Assembly: GCA_000320545.1 (NCBI GenBank)
Contig: ADNK01003301.1
Span: 5,605-69,604 of the forward strand
DNA length: 64,000 nucleotides
Direction: 5' to 3'
Source of the DNA: Bigelowiella natans CCMP2755
Taxonomy: Eukaryota; Protista; Cercozoa
The position numbers were made by a program, and so were the translations under genes. Positions 37,191 through 52,749 of the stretch are shown piece after piece. The notes under the pieces are model-generated. The model was not told the DNA's origin. It made no database searches and saw nothing but the letters and a program-made list of their open reading frames with translations. Each line of letters begins with the position of its first letter. Position 1 is the stretch's first letter.

Positions 37191-40100
37191 GATATACTGA
37201 TTATAAGTCGTCCTTGCTTCTACTTGTGCTTTCGGGTCCATTGAAAGACCACGGCAGAACTCTGCAAGCATCTGCGGGCTGAGTAGCTCCACAGTGCGTA
37301 TTTGAACATCGTTCTCATTTGTAATGGACCCCCGCCAGACGTCTCGTGTTCCCTCACCTATTGTTGGTGATCCTGTGGACGACGATAACGACGAACTAGG
37401 AGGAGGAGGATGTTGATGAGGCCCTGATCTCCCTTCTCCTCCTCCTCTTTTTGTGGGGAGTGCAATCTTGAGATAAGGCTTAACTGGTGCTTGACAAGCT
37501 GGACAACATGAGCTGATAATTCTCTCAGGCCAACCCATTACAATTTCCTCCCCAGATAGGGATCGCCCACACGCATCGCATCTTGCACATGTTATCATCC
37601 ACAAGGGTATTGCAGGTGGTGACGGTGGTGGCGATTTAGTTGTTTTCTTGTAGTGTTTCTTCTTTCCATGCTTAGCTGCATTGGGCGCAGTAGTAGTAGT
37701 AGTAGTGGTAGTTGTAGATGTATTGGTAGTATCCATGGGCGCAGATAGAGCAGCCTTTATAAGAGTCTCATAAAGGCTGGGAGGAGGAGAAGGATGTAAG
37801 AAATTGACTACATACAATATGAGCCGCATCTCCATCTCAGCGCTGCAACGACTGCAAAAGGCTAGTAACGCCTCACATGCTCCGGCAGAAGGCACCCCAC
37901 CACCCTTCAATATGCTTCTAAACACATCCAGTACCACAGCGACACTCCGCCGCACTATATTTCTTACTTCACTTTGATGTGCGCTATTATTTGTTCCCCC
38001 CCCTCCCAGTTTCCCTTTGTACAACCCTCCTTCTCTTCCTCCTCCTACATTCTTACCTATCATCGACTCTCTGTTATTTGTGGTGATAAGATCAGTAATC
38101 GCTCTGTAATTATTGAGCAGGAATACGTGGACCCAAATAGTTTGTACTGTATTGATCATTGTCTCGACCAAGCAATCTCCTCCTTGAGTATCCTCCTCAT
38201 CCTTTTCGTCTGTAATAGTAGTAGTAGTAGTAGTAGTAGTAGTAATGTTTGATGTCGTCCTGGAGGCACTGGGGCTTCTTCTTCTTGCTGATGCTGCTCC
38301 TCTGCCTCCTCCTCCTGCTCTTGCTGCAGCAGTCACAGCTTGTTCATCGACATAATAGCCGGTTTTGTTGTTTTCTACACCCTTCTTTCTTGCCAAAAGA
38401 TGATGACGATGACGGTGAAGATGACGATGAAGATTCCTTCTCTCACTGCTACCTGTAGCAGCATTTTGTAGCGAACGAATAAGAGTTTGGCCAAGGTACT
38501 TCTTCTTCTGCACTCTTCGTGTCTTTGATAAGGACGATGAGCAAGAGGACGATACCGACGCCATGGAGGAGGTTTTTAAGTGAGGCGAGAGCAGTTGGCG
38601 CTCGCTGTGATTTATTGTTGTTGCAATGCTAGTGAAATGATGAAGACCACCGTAGTGTCTTTTTGAGAAAAATACTCTGAGTTTATACGCTTCTTGGGCA
38701 ACAAGACGTCCAATGGCTTCGACACCATCAATGGAAATGCTGGGGTAATATTTTCTGTAAGCTTTTGCAAGTGTTGTGGTTGTTGTTGATGCTGCAGCTG
38801 CGGCTGCTGCTTGTGGCGGCGGCGGTGGTGATGATATCAAAGCAGTAGGTCCATTCTTCTTCTTGCTGCTGCTGCTGACACCGTATTTGCTATTATCTCC
38901 AACTACTATTGTTTCTTCTATAAATGCTCTTGCTGCTGCTGGTAAAGTTTCTACTAACCGAGAAGAAGACGATGACGACGAAGAGAAACCCCTCCACAAA
39001 GCACTTTTATTGGAGGAGGAGAAGGAGGAGGATAAAGAATTTCCATATTGGGCTGTTGTTGGTGGCTCTGGAAAGTCTAGGAAAGGGTCATTTGCGAGTG
39101 TAAAGCTAGCTTCCATGTCCCATAATTTAGGGTCAAGTTTTCGCACCTTCTTCTTCTTTTTTTGACAAAAATGTTCTCGCTTGTGCCACCATTTTTCTAC
39201 CATCGCCCCTCCTCCTCCTCCTCCTCCTCCCCCCTTCCTTGGACGAGCATCAGCCCAATCAGAGGGATTCGGACGCGTAAGGTGCCACTTTGCTGGTTCC
39301 CAGTCCACCACACCTTTGACAATGCTGCTGCTGCTGCTGGTAAATTCGGTCAGAATCTGCCTCCTCCTCCTCCTGCTGCTGCCCATTCCATTTTTATCAT
39401 TACTAATGCTATTACTTCTATTACTACAAGACGACGTTGCTGATGATATATTGGCGGCCGTGTGCGCAAGGAGTGATTCTATCCATCGATACATTATCAA
39501 GGGTGCTGGGCCGCTATCATGTGTCCAGGCAATTTCTTTTTCTCCTTCTTCTTCTTTCTTGAAGGTCGGAATCACAGTTGCAAATGATGCCTTGTTTGAC
39601 GATGCCAAGCCTCCTGACACAACTGAAGTCACAAGCTGTGCAAAGGCCTGAGTCTCTGCGATGCGAACACTCAAGAGCATATCGTTTTTATTATTGCAAG
39701 CTGAGCCATCATCATCCTCAGAACCACCCGCTACAAAAGCTGACCGATTGAACAGGGATCCAAAGTCAGCCAACCGTAGAAAGTCGTCGTCGTTATCATG
39801 ATCGTCGCTTGTGATGGGTCCAGGTAACATAGAGTAACGTAGTGGACTAAGAAGCTCCACCATAGCCTGCAAGCACGCAAAGGCAATACGTCTCGCCACA
39901 CTTGTATAATCCTCTTTCCCCTCTTCTTTCATATGAGAAGACTGATGTTCCGATTGCTCTGGTTTCTTTCTCTCTTTTAGGGAGAAGGACAGTGCCAAAC
40001 TCATCTTTGCACTCATCTTCCTCTCTTCCGTTGTTGTTGTTGTTCTCGTTTTTGTCGTTTTCTTATCGCCATCATCGTTGTGATTGCTGTCGTCGTTGCT

Positions 40101-40555
40101 ACCCACACTGGACAAAATCTCATCTAGAGCAATAAGCAAGCGCGTACGTGTTCCTTTGCCAAAACAAGCTGGTAAAGAAATAGAGGATGAGTCGAGTGCA
40201 GCAGGCCTCAAAGCACCAGTGTCTAAATCAACTAACAGCACATCCGAAGGTATAGCCAGAGCAGAGGCACTACTACGGGTAAGACCGAAGATAAACGGTA
40301 TCATTGAACACGAAAACAGCGAAATCGTACGTGGCAGAAGCGGAATAAATGTATGGGCCCATTTGAGTGGTGTTATCAATGAGCGAAGAGCGAGGGCAGC
40401 AGGACCAAGCTTGGCGACGTTTGAAGAGATGAGAATGATTTTTGACTCAGAGAGTATCGCCTCTAGGATAAGGACCAAACGACTAGCAGAAAGGACTTTA
40501 AAGAACTCGATCGATTTTGCAATGTGAGCTATATTTATTTCAGGTGGGTAAAAAC

Positions 40556-40593
<38 letters not shown>

Positions 40594-43123
40594 ATTCTCC
40601 TTTTATTCTTCTTTCCTCCTTCAACGCCGATACTGCCATTAGTAGTGCAAGTACTCGAGATGGATGATGATGGACACCCTTTCATGCTTTTGTAGCTATC
40701 GTTATTTGGTGTGCTTATTGCCGTCGCAATTCCTCCCTCCTCTCCACCCACCTTCTTCTTCATCTTCTTCTTCTTCTCCTCCTCAATAGAAGACGACTCA
40801 AGGCTGATAGTAAGCATAGTAGGAATAGGAGCTGGAAGTAGAAAAAGGTGGTACAAGTAAGCTTCAATGGGAGCAGGAAGAGAGGTGGCGGGGGCACTAA
40901 GGATGTTAAGCACAAAATCATTGAGAATATCTTCGAGCAAGGTTGTAAGCGGAAAACGTGACAAGAGCACAGCGTATGTTGGATACATCTTCCTCTCTAT
41001 TCCATCAAGATAAGATGATTTCGAGTCAGAGCCGTAGTTGTCCTCCTCCCCCTCCTCCTCCTCGAAGCGCTCCTCGTGCTGTTTGGTGGTAAAAGTTCTG
41101 CTACGGTGGGATGGTAGTGTTGATGATGATGGCACCATGAGACCTACACCATAAATCTCACTCCGATCCATATTTGTTCCAACAAATGTAAAGGCTTGCG
41201 AATGGCCATTACCACAACATTTTCTTCTACTCTGTCCTTCTTTCCTCTTCTTCCCTCCAATAGAGATGGGCTTCACACCATCTGGAAAGCACATAGTCTG
41301 AATTGTGTACAAAAGGTTAGTATTATCCTCATCGGAACAGCTGTTTCTTCTTTGTCTTCTTGATGATGATGACGACGACCTGCTATCATCATCATCGCCA
41401 TTACCACCACGATCACGGTGAAAAAGAGGAGGAGGATAATCCTCTATCACACGCGAGCGATACAGCAGAGTCCTTCTTCGCCGTCGTCGTTTTTCCGTTC
41501 CTGCAAGTGTTCCTTTTCCCTTCTTGTAACAAAGGAAAATATCATTGGAGGACGACGTCTTAATCAGCGCCCCCATCGCCAAATTTGTTTCTAAAACAGT
41601 ATAAGTTGGGGGACAGGAAGCTTTTTCCCTAACCAGGAGAATATCAGTGATGGGAGGGAGGTCATTGCTACGAGAGACAACAAGAGCAAGGTTCTTTCTC
41701 ATTCCTGGTATCTTACCAGGTACTAACTCCTCGTGTGTCTGCAACGGTGGAATACAAACCACTTTCGCGCTGCTGCTGCTACTGCTACTGCTACTGCTAC
41801 TGATACCTCCTTTCAAAATCACAATGCGTATATCCGTTATAGGAGGAATACTAGGAGAAGAAACAACAACGGGTGATGCTTCATCTTTCGTTTCATAGCT
41901 AGTAGCACCCATGCTCATTGTCCGTTGGCCACGCTTGTTATCATCCATACTAGAAGCAGAAGATGGATCCCTCGAAGCAATAATAATTGTTGATTTTCCT
42001 GCCAGTCTACACGGATCCAAAAGCTTCCGGTGGAAATCCCATTGTTTTCGTACTTCCGTTGTAAGTGATGATGATGATGATGGGGAGGAGGAGGATGATG
42101 ATGAGGAGGAGGAAGGATGGCAGTAGAAGCTATCTCCACTAGACCCATTCTCATAACTCCACCAAAGAGGCAAACCTTCTAGTACAGCCATCCACCCGGA
42201 AGGAATACCCACCCTTCCTTTGTTATCTTGAATAAGCTGTAAAGCATATATTGGACCCAGCTCCTCCAGTGACTTATTATTATTATCTCTGCTGCTGCAA
42301 TCAATCTTGCGCTTATCGCTTGCATTACCGATGATTCCACTGCTGCTACCACTACTACTATCATCAGTACCAGCAGCATCGCGAATAATAGGCTCACAAG
42401 CTATGAGCAGAAACCGATCAAGCAAAGGAGATAAGCCCTTCCATCGTGCTGCAGGCGTGTCCTCAAGAACCTGAAAGAATAAGAATAATAGGAGGAGGAG
42501 GAAGAAGAAGACGACGACGAAGAGAGAAAGTTTTGATGATGCACGAGTGGTGGATAATACCAAGAACAGATTATAGTTGATCATCATCATGAGATGACAA
42601 TGATCATGCTGGTGTTGATATATAGGGAGCAAACAGTGGTGGAGACAAAAGAGTATTCTATGACTATATTTGCCATCGTTTTCTATGGTAAATCTCGTTC
42701 ATTAATGCCACTTGCATTCTCCCCATATATCATCATCATCATTATCATCATCATCATCATTTCTCTATCTATAGCATGTGTATGGTTTGTTTGTTTATCA
42801 TAAATAAATCACAGAAAACAGGCATAATAATTGCTGTAACACCCCTCCACGCCTTCGCTCCCTCTCGTCATGGAAAGTAGCTGTTGTTTCATTATCATCA
42901 CGATGATTTTTTTCCGAGTTAGCAGTGCTGCTCTGTTGCTGCTGTTGCTGCTGGCGTTTCTTCGATGGATGTATAGTCGTCGTCGTCGTCGTCGTCGTCA
43001 TCGTCGTCGTCGGGGAATATTCACCATCCGATAGCAACACGTTACAAGAAGAAGAAGAAGATGGTGGGGTCATGGGCTGTATCTTGATCTCGTTATCATC
43101 AAATTCACTACTACTGCTACTAT

Positions 43124-43159
<36 letters not shown>

Positions 43160-45653
43160 ATGTTGCTTCTTTCACCTCTAGCATTCTCTTGTGCTGCTTC
43201 CGAAGCTCAAAGATTCCATTATCATTGTTAGATAGTAATTCTGCCTCGTCATCATCACCGTCACAATCTTCGTGACCAGATCGTCTTTGTGCTGGTGCTA
43301 GTGGTGGTTCTTCCACTGGAGAGTTTGAAGACTGCGATGCAACTTCGCAAAGGATGATTTCATTTGGCTTGGTGCTATTATCATCACTGTTAGTGGTGTT
43401 GTTGACACCACCTTTTGAAGCGTAATTGAAATTCTTTTTTCTAGGTGAGATAGGAGGAAGGTCGGTAGCAATTGAGGTCCGTTGCTCCTCCATCTCCTCC
43501 TCCTCCTCCTCCTCCTCCTCCTCCTCCTCCTCCTCCTTCTGCCGATAACGATGAATGCGACGACGATGGTTCCTTAGTATTCCGTTGCTGTTGCTGCCCT
43601 CCTTATTCTTGATAGTAATGAAGGAAGAGATGGGGGAGTAGCAAGACTGTGGTGGAGCTGTAGCTGTAGCTGCTGCTGCTGTTGCTGCTGCTGGTGGTGG
43701 TGCTTTTGAACCACCCCTGTGACGACTAATACTACTGCTACCTCCCCCATCTCTTCTTTCTTGACCTCCTGTGGGTGTGTATAATGCAGCAAGATCGCAT
43801 GGATCTAATGAGGAAGAGCGAGAAGGAAGAGGGGAGGATGACGACGATGACGAAACCTGAAGAACAATACAGCAAGTATAAACCAGCGAGGATTATTACG
43901 AATAAAATATCAATTTAAGAAGTTTTTGTTTAATGCACTATTTCCATTCCTGTCTCAAAAGAAATCGTAACTAAATCATTCAACGTTGCCATTAACTTGT
44001 GTTTGTGCTGTTGCTTCTTGCTCATTGAACAAATGGTGCTACTACTACTATTACCTTTATTTACGAAGCTAAAACATATAAAGTTGTTCATAGTGACGAT
44101 CGAAATGCATCAGTGTTGCTTATTATCCCCTCCCTCTTACCTCTTCAGCAACAATGCCTTGGAATGTTGCGCGTGTCTTTTTTCTTTCGTTTCTCTCTTT
44201 CCCTTTGTTGGTGCCATCATAGGTCTGTGAGCCTTTGTGGCTACGCTGCTCGATAGAACTAAACGATTGAGGCGGGCTCATGCCATCAATCCATTTTTGG
44301 AACGTGCTCTTCGTCTGCTCGTTGCAATGAGCTAGTAAAGATTTCTTAATCCCTTTTCCTACTGTGAGAATCTTGTTTTTTTTTTTTTTTCTATTGCCAC
44401 CTTTTCTTCCTGGCCTTAAATGAGAAGATGATAAAGAAGAATCATTACTGCAACAACCATGAGCTGTTTTCTTATTTATAATCACCTGATATGAAGATCG
44501 TTAAATATTGACCGATCTTGTTTCTGTAGATTTTCGGTGGGATAATAACGTTGCTTTGCCTTCGTTTCAGCGGTACCACCATTAATTGTCTTCCTGGTAG
44601 TAGATGCGAGTGTCGACCATGCGTTATCCTTTCGTTTAGCTGAGACGGGTGATTCGGAACGACTGTTACTGCTAGTGGCACTCGGTCCGCCACATTGAAA
44701 TGTCTCATCTTCCTCCTCCTCCCCCCCCTGCTGCTGCCGTGATTGCTCCCTCCCAATGTCATATTTGTTCCTAGTGTTAAATCTTGCTCTTGCCTGCTGT
44801 CGAGAAATGGAACTTAAGAAGGATTCTATTTCCTTCTGCTTCCCCTTTTCCTTCTTCTTCTTCTCACCATTTTTTGTTCTCCTTCTCCTACTTGAGTGCT
44901 CACTTTTACCACTACTCGAGACACGTATCCCCTCTTCGTTGAACTCGTCAGTTTCATGCTCGTCTGAGGAAGATGAAGAAGGGGGCCTGGACAAGGAAAT
45001 TCTATTGGTAAGAATGAAACAAATTGCGGCCTTGTGAACTACTGCCTGCTTCTTTATAAAAACGGTGAGACATCTTTCTTACAACACAAACACATAGTCA
45101 TTATTACTACGACCTCATCGAAAGACGCAGCTCACGTGTACGTTCAAGCTTTTGTCGGAGAAAATGCTGCTGTGTTCTTTCATGGTTTTGTAGGAGAAGA
45201 TGCTGCTGCTGCTGCTGCTGCATTTGTCTACTCTTCCCCGTTGTCCCAAGTTTTCGATTGGTCGTACAAAAAACAACATTTCGTCCTTGCCGCCGCAATG
45301 TAGAACTCTGCAATCGTAGAAGAAAGAAAGGTATTCATTGTTCGCATGACGTCACAATTGCCTTTCTCTGCTATTCCCTGGCGTTTAGCTAGTACTATCT
45401 GACGGGTGCATACATTTTTCGGCTGGCAAGTAAGTTTTACCATCGTAAAAACATCATAGGCGAAGGCGATCATGCGAATTTTTGAATTTAGATACCGTTT
45501 CCTCCTCTGACGAGCCATCACTGCAAAGAATATCCCGTGGCTTCCTCTGGCGAATCAGCAACCAGAGTCATTCATTATTCACAGTAGGTCCGATATATAA
45601 TGTTACGGCTTGTTATTCAATCATACCCGAAAGTGATTTGACCCACTACTCAT
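33297..45653 (-). CDS. DENND4: Giant DENND4-like Rab GEF (MABP, uDENN, cDENN, dDENN, Cys motif) with C-terminal DysF-like domains; ~9.2-kb last exon, 5' exons uncertain
   Basis: MABP-like LPPITDILLV...CPPTYTVLE...IFLCYKKG; uDENN MCFPDG/FTFVGT..YG; cDENN ILSESKIILIS...LITPLKWAHTFIPLLP...PFIFGL...VLLVDLD; dDENN ETQAF; DENND4-type CARCDACGRSLSGEEIVMGW...CPAC...LLSP...VFWNLLWHF. Confidence 0.8.
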
Positions 45654-45871
45654 TGCCAACGACAGATAAGACACGTCTTATCTCATTCACAGCTTGGAAC
45701 GGAAATAGCGATCGAGCGTGTGAGCGATGACGGGAGCACCTCGCACCTAATGAGACAGGCGATTTACTGAGCTGAGTGGTTCGATCGTAGCCTAGTGGTG
45801 GTCGTTTCTACAACTAACAGTGCTTTCTTTCTTGTTCTTTGTTGTTCGACCAACTGCGTTTCCATCAACAC

Positions 45872-45914
<43 letters not shown>

Positions 45915-46070
45915 GTGATCAGCACCATGCTTGTTGTTGTTCTTCTTCTTCTTCCTTCCTCCTCCTCCTCCTTCTCTGTTGCTCTATACTGTGTATGGAA
46001 TAAACTAATAAATGCTACGACTGCTTCTTCTGCTAGATTCTTATTATGAAAATTACCATTAAAAAAGGAC

Positions 46071-46165
46071 TAGATCTACCGAAGATCCTGCACACCATAA
46101 AATACGACAAGGAGAAGCAAAAGAGAAAATAATAAAACGTTTAGACTACAGCGTGACTAGATCTA
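46071..46165. promoter_or_regulatory. Two GACTAGATCTAC motifs in a divergent intergenic region
   Basis: Palindrome TAGATCTA at 46071 and 46158; function inferred from position only. Confidence 0.3.
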
Positions 46166-46309
46166 CTCATTATTACGTAGGATTAACCATGTGTACTCGT
46201 ATTGTTATTGGTTGTCGTAGAGGACGAAAAGGAGAAATAAAATCTTGTCGTTAAAATGAAAATCCCTTTGGAGAAGTTTGTTTTTTTTTTACCGTTTGTG
46301 TTGTGTCGC

Positions 46310-49300
46310 AGAGGTGAAATACTCAGTATTTGCTTCAGAGGACAATGGTTCTTCTGGCCATAAACAACAGTGTTAGTTTTCCACAATGGCCTCGTGGAAG
46401 GAACAACAACGTGTTGATTGAGAAAGTGGCTACGATGATGATGATAACAATAAAAGCTTAGGGGTTGCCGATGCGCAGCAATAGTCGGCAAGGCTTATGT
46501 CGTGTGTGGACAGCTCTAACCCTTGCCATGTTCATTGGCTACATCCAGGTTTCCTTTTGCTTTTTTATCGTTTATGCGCCCACTCATTGATTGCATTGCT
46601 AAATGTTCATTATAGAGGCCGAGGGTGCTTACAAGGGATGATAATGAAAATCATAAAAGCCAAAAACTGTACAGCTATCTCGAGAAATCTGACCGGCATC
46701 AACAAATGTTTTTGAAGAAAATTTTCATTCCTATGTTGGGTAAAGTTGAAGAAGCCAGAAGACCCGACCCATCACACCTCTGGGACGACGTTGGGAGGCC
46801 CTCTTCTTCTACAACCAATGCATTTTTATCGATTGACGAGCAGCTTAAGTGTGTCGAAGCTCTATTCCAAAGGGGTTCAATCTTTGGTAAATCCGCGTGC
46901 ATCTCCAGTCGAACCGGACAGCACTCTATATTGAGCATGGACCGGAGCTTTAGTTACCGCCAGCAAATCGTTCAACAGGTTTCCTCGTCTGCTCCTAATC
47001 CACAGAAACGGTATTCAGCAATCTTCAATGTCACTACGCCAAGGACTGTTTTCCATCACTCTCTTAGCAGTCTCTACAGGTTACAAATAACATGAGATTA
47101 GACAGAGAAGAGAGTTGCGAAATTAAAATGAAGTTAATGAGTTCTTGTGGTGCAGTAGGGAAAAGTAGTGGGAACCTTTTAGTAATTTATGGATCGATTG
47201 ATGATATTTATGGATTCGTTGATGAAGTTATTCCATTGAATAGGAGCCAATTTGGCTTGGATGCAGATATGATGACGCTCTCCAACGAAGTCCAGAAATT
47301 GGCGATGGCATATAACGGCTTGCGAAACTTAGCAAAAGCTTTATTTTTCCATAATATTCTGTTGTCTTTGCCGTCTGTGGTGCACATGAATTTCAAGAAT
47401 GATCCCGATGGAGGATGCTATTACTCAGATGTGTGTGAACAAACACAATAGTAGGCTCTATCTGCGATCTAGTAGAATAGCACGATCGATATTATTGATA
47501 CTGTATAATTTTGTAGTAGTGGTGCTCACTCACTCACTCAATGGGTGGCCGAGTATGACATAGTTGTACTTATTATTATTGTGTTCTCGCCTAAATAATT
47601 ATTCATTTTTTCTTAGGAACGAACGTTGTGATATCATTGCTGACATGATACTTTTAATTTTTATAACTTTGAGAGCGACCAATGTGAATTTGCTATTCAT
47701 GTTCCCCCATCTTTCCTGCCTTGAAATGTATCTACGAATTAGATCATTTTTAGATTATTGTGATTGATGATTTCGTTTTTTTTATTTTTATATATCAGGA
47801 TATACAAATTCTGCTCGATGAAAGATACAGCCTCATGGTGAATGATATCGAGGATCGTTTGCGTAGATTAGGAGGGAGAAATAATGTAAATGATGAAGAT
47901 GGTGATAGTAAACGTAGTAGTGGCAATAACAAGGAAGCTAATTCCGCAACTTCCAACACGATGCAACGGTTTTTTAATTCTTATCCAGGGATGTGGTAAT
48001 AATACCAACATAACTAACACTAAAACAAAATTAGCGAATACACTGTGAACATACCAAGAATATGAATAGTTATATATTGTATTGCGACAAATTCAAGGGT
48101 TTGCATGAAAACATGTTTCAAATTGCATTTCTGTTAAATATTGGAAGATAAGAGATTTTAATGTCCTGTAGTCGATAGATCAGCACATATGGTAAATAAA
48201 GTGTTATTTATTTTGATCCAAAGAAAGTCATAACTTTCTTACTGTGACGGTAATTACTATTACTCATTAAAAATAACATCATTGAATAACACGATTTTAA
48301 TCATTCATCACCAAAATAATAATTACCACAATTGCTAAAATGTTGGTTTATTGCTTCTTCCTCTTTTTGCAACAAAATTATTACTTTCAGGTATAAATTT
48401 CGGTTCATAAATGTACCCATGACGCATATAAACACCGAGCGTTTGGCCTCTATGAACACTCCTCCACTTTCTCCTCTAAATATTGGAATATCGAAGACCA
48501 CAAAATTAGAGCAGCCTCTTCCTTCTGGAAATACCAAAACAATTTACAATACTGGCGTTACGAAGAAGAATGTTAATGCGGGCTCCTCCTCCATCTCCTC
48601 CTCCTCTCTATTTTTTACTCCTAAAATGATAGATGGTGTTCGTGAGGAGGTAGCTCGGTTTATTCATCATCTCAAAACCGTGCTCTTCCCCTCCTATCAG
48701 GTTGTTGTTGTCACAGTAGAAATAGTGAAGTTAGTCGTATCACCAGACCATGTAGTAGATACAACTTACAGCAGGGATAATGATGATGATGATGATGATG
48801 ATGATGATTACAACGACGATGAACGATAGCATTCTAATAGTGTAGAAGCTTTTAATAATGTGGAAATATCTAGCATTATAATTATTATCATCAGCATATT
48901 AGCAATTAAATTTTCGTGGCTGGACTTCCAGAGTATGATTAAATCTTTCTTTCTCCTCTTCCTCTCCTTACTCTTCAAAAAGGTTGAAAATAGAGGTATA
49001 TGTCCAGGGGATGAGGTAGAAATTGAGTGCTACTATTACGATTCTTCATCAAGCATAAGCAAGCGAAGAAGAAGGAAAAAGAATAATAACAAATCCAGCT
49101 GCTTTCTCCGTCACAACATCACGTGGGGTCTTCATCTTCTCCCAGATTCTTCATCTTCGAGCGCCCCGTTGAATAATAGTGGAGATAGTAGTACTAGTAG
49201 GGGCGGTAGCTCTAGCAGCATCAATGGCGTAGTTAAAAATGATAATACAACACAAGTATTGACAACTTCTCCGACAGAAAGGAAAGATGAAAAACTTGTC

Positions 49301-50019
49301 TTCAAGGGAGGAGGAGGCATGACGACGATAAATACACAGACACCGTTGTTGTCGTCATCACTTCTGCAAATATCTCCTTCTTCGTCATTTTCCTTTAAAT
49401 TTTCGGAATTAAAAGGAGCTCGAGTGAAGGTGAGCACATGATGACGGCATTAATTTTATTACACTAGTTATTCATCATGCTTCCTAAATTCTATCTGTGA
49501 TGTGTATTATCGCATATTGTATGAATTCCTAAATTTTATCTGTGATATGTATTATCGCATATTGGTTACTATGTTACCGATGCTAAGAAACAAGGTGTGT
49601 GTGTGTAATCATCGGCGCCTATTGTCTGGGTATATGATTGACTATTATTACTTTTATTTCTCTCCAATGAGGAAGCAATATAATCGGTTCATAATCTTCG
49701 TTCTTGTCACCATCAGGAATCACGTATTTGCGAGTGGGGGGGGAGGAAAATTAAGGCTACGGTTCCGTAAAAATATTATTACAAAAAAGAAGATGAGGCA
49801 CACACCAATAAATTTGTGCTACGACATACAATTATTTAGAAACATAGCTGCTGCTGCTGCAAGGAGGGTAAAGGGGAGAAGTGTAAATATGTGTCACATG
49901 TTCCAACAACAACCCCTCGTAGTTCCTTTCTCTCATCATCACCATGCATGTTTTTCACTCGTCGATTCTTCTTCTGTCTACTATTTTTTCATTGTACGAC
50001 TAATCGGCATAGATCATAA

Positions 50020-50055
<36 letters not shown>

Positions 50056-50601
50056 TACTAGTAATAATGATAATCAGGTGCTAGGAATTCGTGCTAGACT
50101 ACACCCTGGGTCACAGGCAGAAAAAATATTCTTTGATGTTTTGAAGAAATTCGCATTTGCTTCTCTTAAGAGGAGAAGAGGCAGCGATTCTGGAAAAAGA
50201 GGACAAGGAAGAAAAAGAGGAGGAGGTGCATCGGTCAGTTACTTTTCATTCTGCTGTATTTTTTGTCAACTACAATACCATAGGAGAAACAATACTAGAT
50301 GTACATTGAATATATCAGGTTGCGCCCTCCTCGCACTGTTTTGGCATTAAAGAACAGCGCGAATACTATTCAATCTTGAATTGCCTAAAAAAGAAGCAAC
50401 CAGTCTCTTTCAAGCAATTGTACTCTGTTCTGGTGTATAATGCCTATTTGAGGGCTGAAGACATCCAGTAATTTTCGATTCGATGAGAGGATAACGATTA
50501 TTAGATGTTATCGAGTTACTCTTGCACACATTAACTTTCCCCAAAATGACTAATCATCATGTATTAAAATAGCAAACAGATGTTAGCACTGTTATGTATA
50601 C

Positions 50602-50659
<58 letters not shown>

Positions 50660-51616
50660 TGTATGGCATGTAAATATTAATAGTTCTGATATGAAAGAGC
50701 AGGTCTCACTTTTGATAGAAAAGTAATGTAATATCGAACAATGAGAGTGATTCAAAGTTTGATAATATTTTTACATTTTACAATTTTGTAAGAGAGAGTG
50801 AATGCTGATGTTAAAGTTACGTTATGATAATGGTTGCGATGGTTATTGATGTAAATAATGCAAAACAATATTATTATATGATAAAGGAATCGCAGAATCG
50901 ATGAATGGTACGAGCAAGAACTCGCTCGTTTAACGTCAGATCTTCAGGTGCTGCTGCCTGACTGCCTGCCTTTTAGTTCGTGGCATACATAGAATTAGAA
51001 TAACAGTGATGATTGCCAATTCGCTTATCATGTATTAAAAAGGAAGCAGCTTGATAATAATAATAATAACGATAATAATATTAATATAATCGACAACTAT
51101 CAACCTCAACTAGTAAAGCCGACTTTAAGTCTTTAAGACCACATCATCATGTGTGCATGATATCATGTATCGTCTTACTCGATTTAAGTCTTTAAGACCA
51201 CAGCATCATGTGTGCATGATATCATGTATCGTCTTACTCGACACCACTAACGAAAATTTACCTGATTTTTGTCTCGTTGTTGTTAATGCTGGCGTGTTCG
51301 CTCAAAAAAGTTTTACTACTACCACTGCTACTACTACTACTATTTTTTAATTGCAAATTGAAGAGTATTCAACATCATAATACTTCTCACCTTCCAGCCT
51401 CCTCTCAAGACATTGGAAAAACAGGCACAGTACATGTGCAGCAAAAGCCTTGTTGCTCATAGGGAGAGGGTAATATTAGTAGTAGTAGTAGTAATGCTTT
51501 GTCATATCCTCTTAGTCGTCGTCGTCGTCGTCTTGAACAAGCAACAAAACAACATATAATACACAGCTTTATCAACCTACTACCGATCTTTCCCTCCATT
51601 TTCTGCTCGAAAGAAT

Positions 51617-51656
<40 letters not shown>

Positions 51657-51884
51657 TTGTGTGTCTCGGTAGTATTTATTCATTACTATGAGTAAATCGT
51701 GCAGCAGCAACATCCGAGATGAAATAATTCCAATTAGGGATTCTTTTGCGGTGATATTGTGGCCATTACGGGTTTAAAGAATACCACTCATTTCAATGGT
51801 TGTTCGCATGCAGTACGTACTTATATGTGCATATCCCAGAAGAGATAATAAACACTTGTATATTTATCCCCGCCGGGATTCAAA

Positions 51885-51927
<43 letters not shown>

Positions 51928-52133
51928 TTATATTGCGAATACATTATAATAAACAGAATGTTCACGTAAAATCGCTATCAAATAGTACTATTGAGGCAGT
52001 AATATCTAGCCACACAAATATTTTCATTTAATCCTTGAGTATATATCTACAAACATATTTTTCATTTAATCCGTGACTGATCGTTTTTGCCAAAGAATTT
52101 CTGTCGCTTTGTTGAGAATAAATGGCTGGCTGG

Positions 52134-52170
<37 letters not shown>

Positions 52171-52678
52171 GCACTAACAACATTTGTATTATGACAATAC
52201 ATAGGTGTGATCGGAATAGTATTTGCCGATTTTAACACGGCAATGGGTACGTATAAGGTGTGGACAAATCTCAGACCTGAGAAGCCCTATGAACTATCCG
52301 AGGATAATCTCATACCAGTGCACCTCAGCAACCACAAATTACGCAAAAGATTGCAAAGTCGCTTGCGAAAATCAATGTTGAAGTGGAATAATGAGGAAAT
52401 TTCTACTAATAATGCGAAGTCACGCGAAGATAAGAAAGATGACGACAATGGTTCTTTTTCGAGAAATCTCATCTGTAAGCTGCCGTCGTTCATCGTCGTT
52501 TACTATTATAAAGTATCTATCTAGAAACATATGAAGTCGTTGCTATCATCCGTTTGTTCATGCATATATAATACGTCACAAAATAACAAACCCTTGAGCG
52601 ACAGCGACAGTATTTAAACCTACGATTTCTGAAAATGGATGCGTATGTATTCTTACATCCCTGGGTCTCCCCCCACCC

Positions 52679-52749
<71 letters not shown>

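Noticed and set aside
45720-45795. tRNA-like ggttcgatc motif
   Set aside because: No cloverleaf or acceptor stem can be formed.
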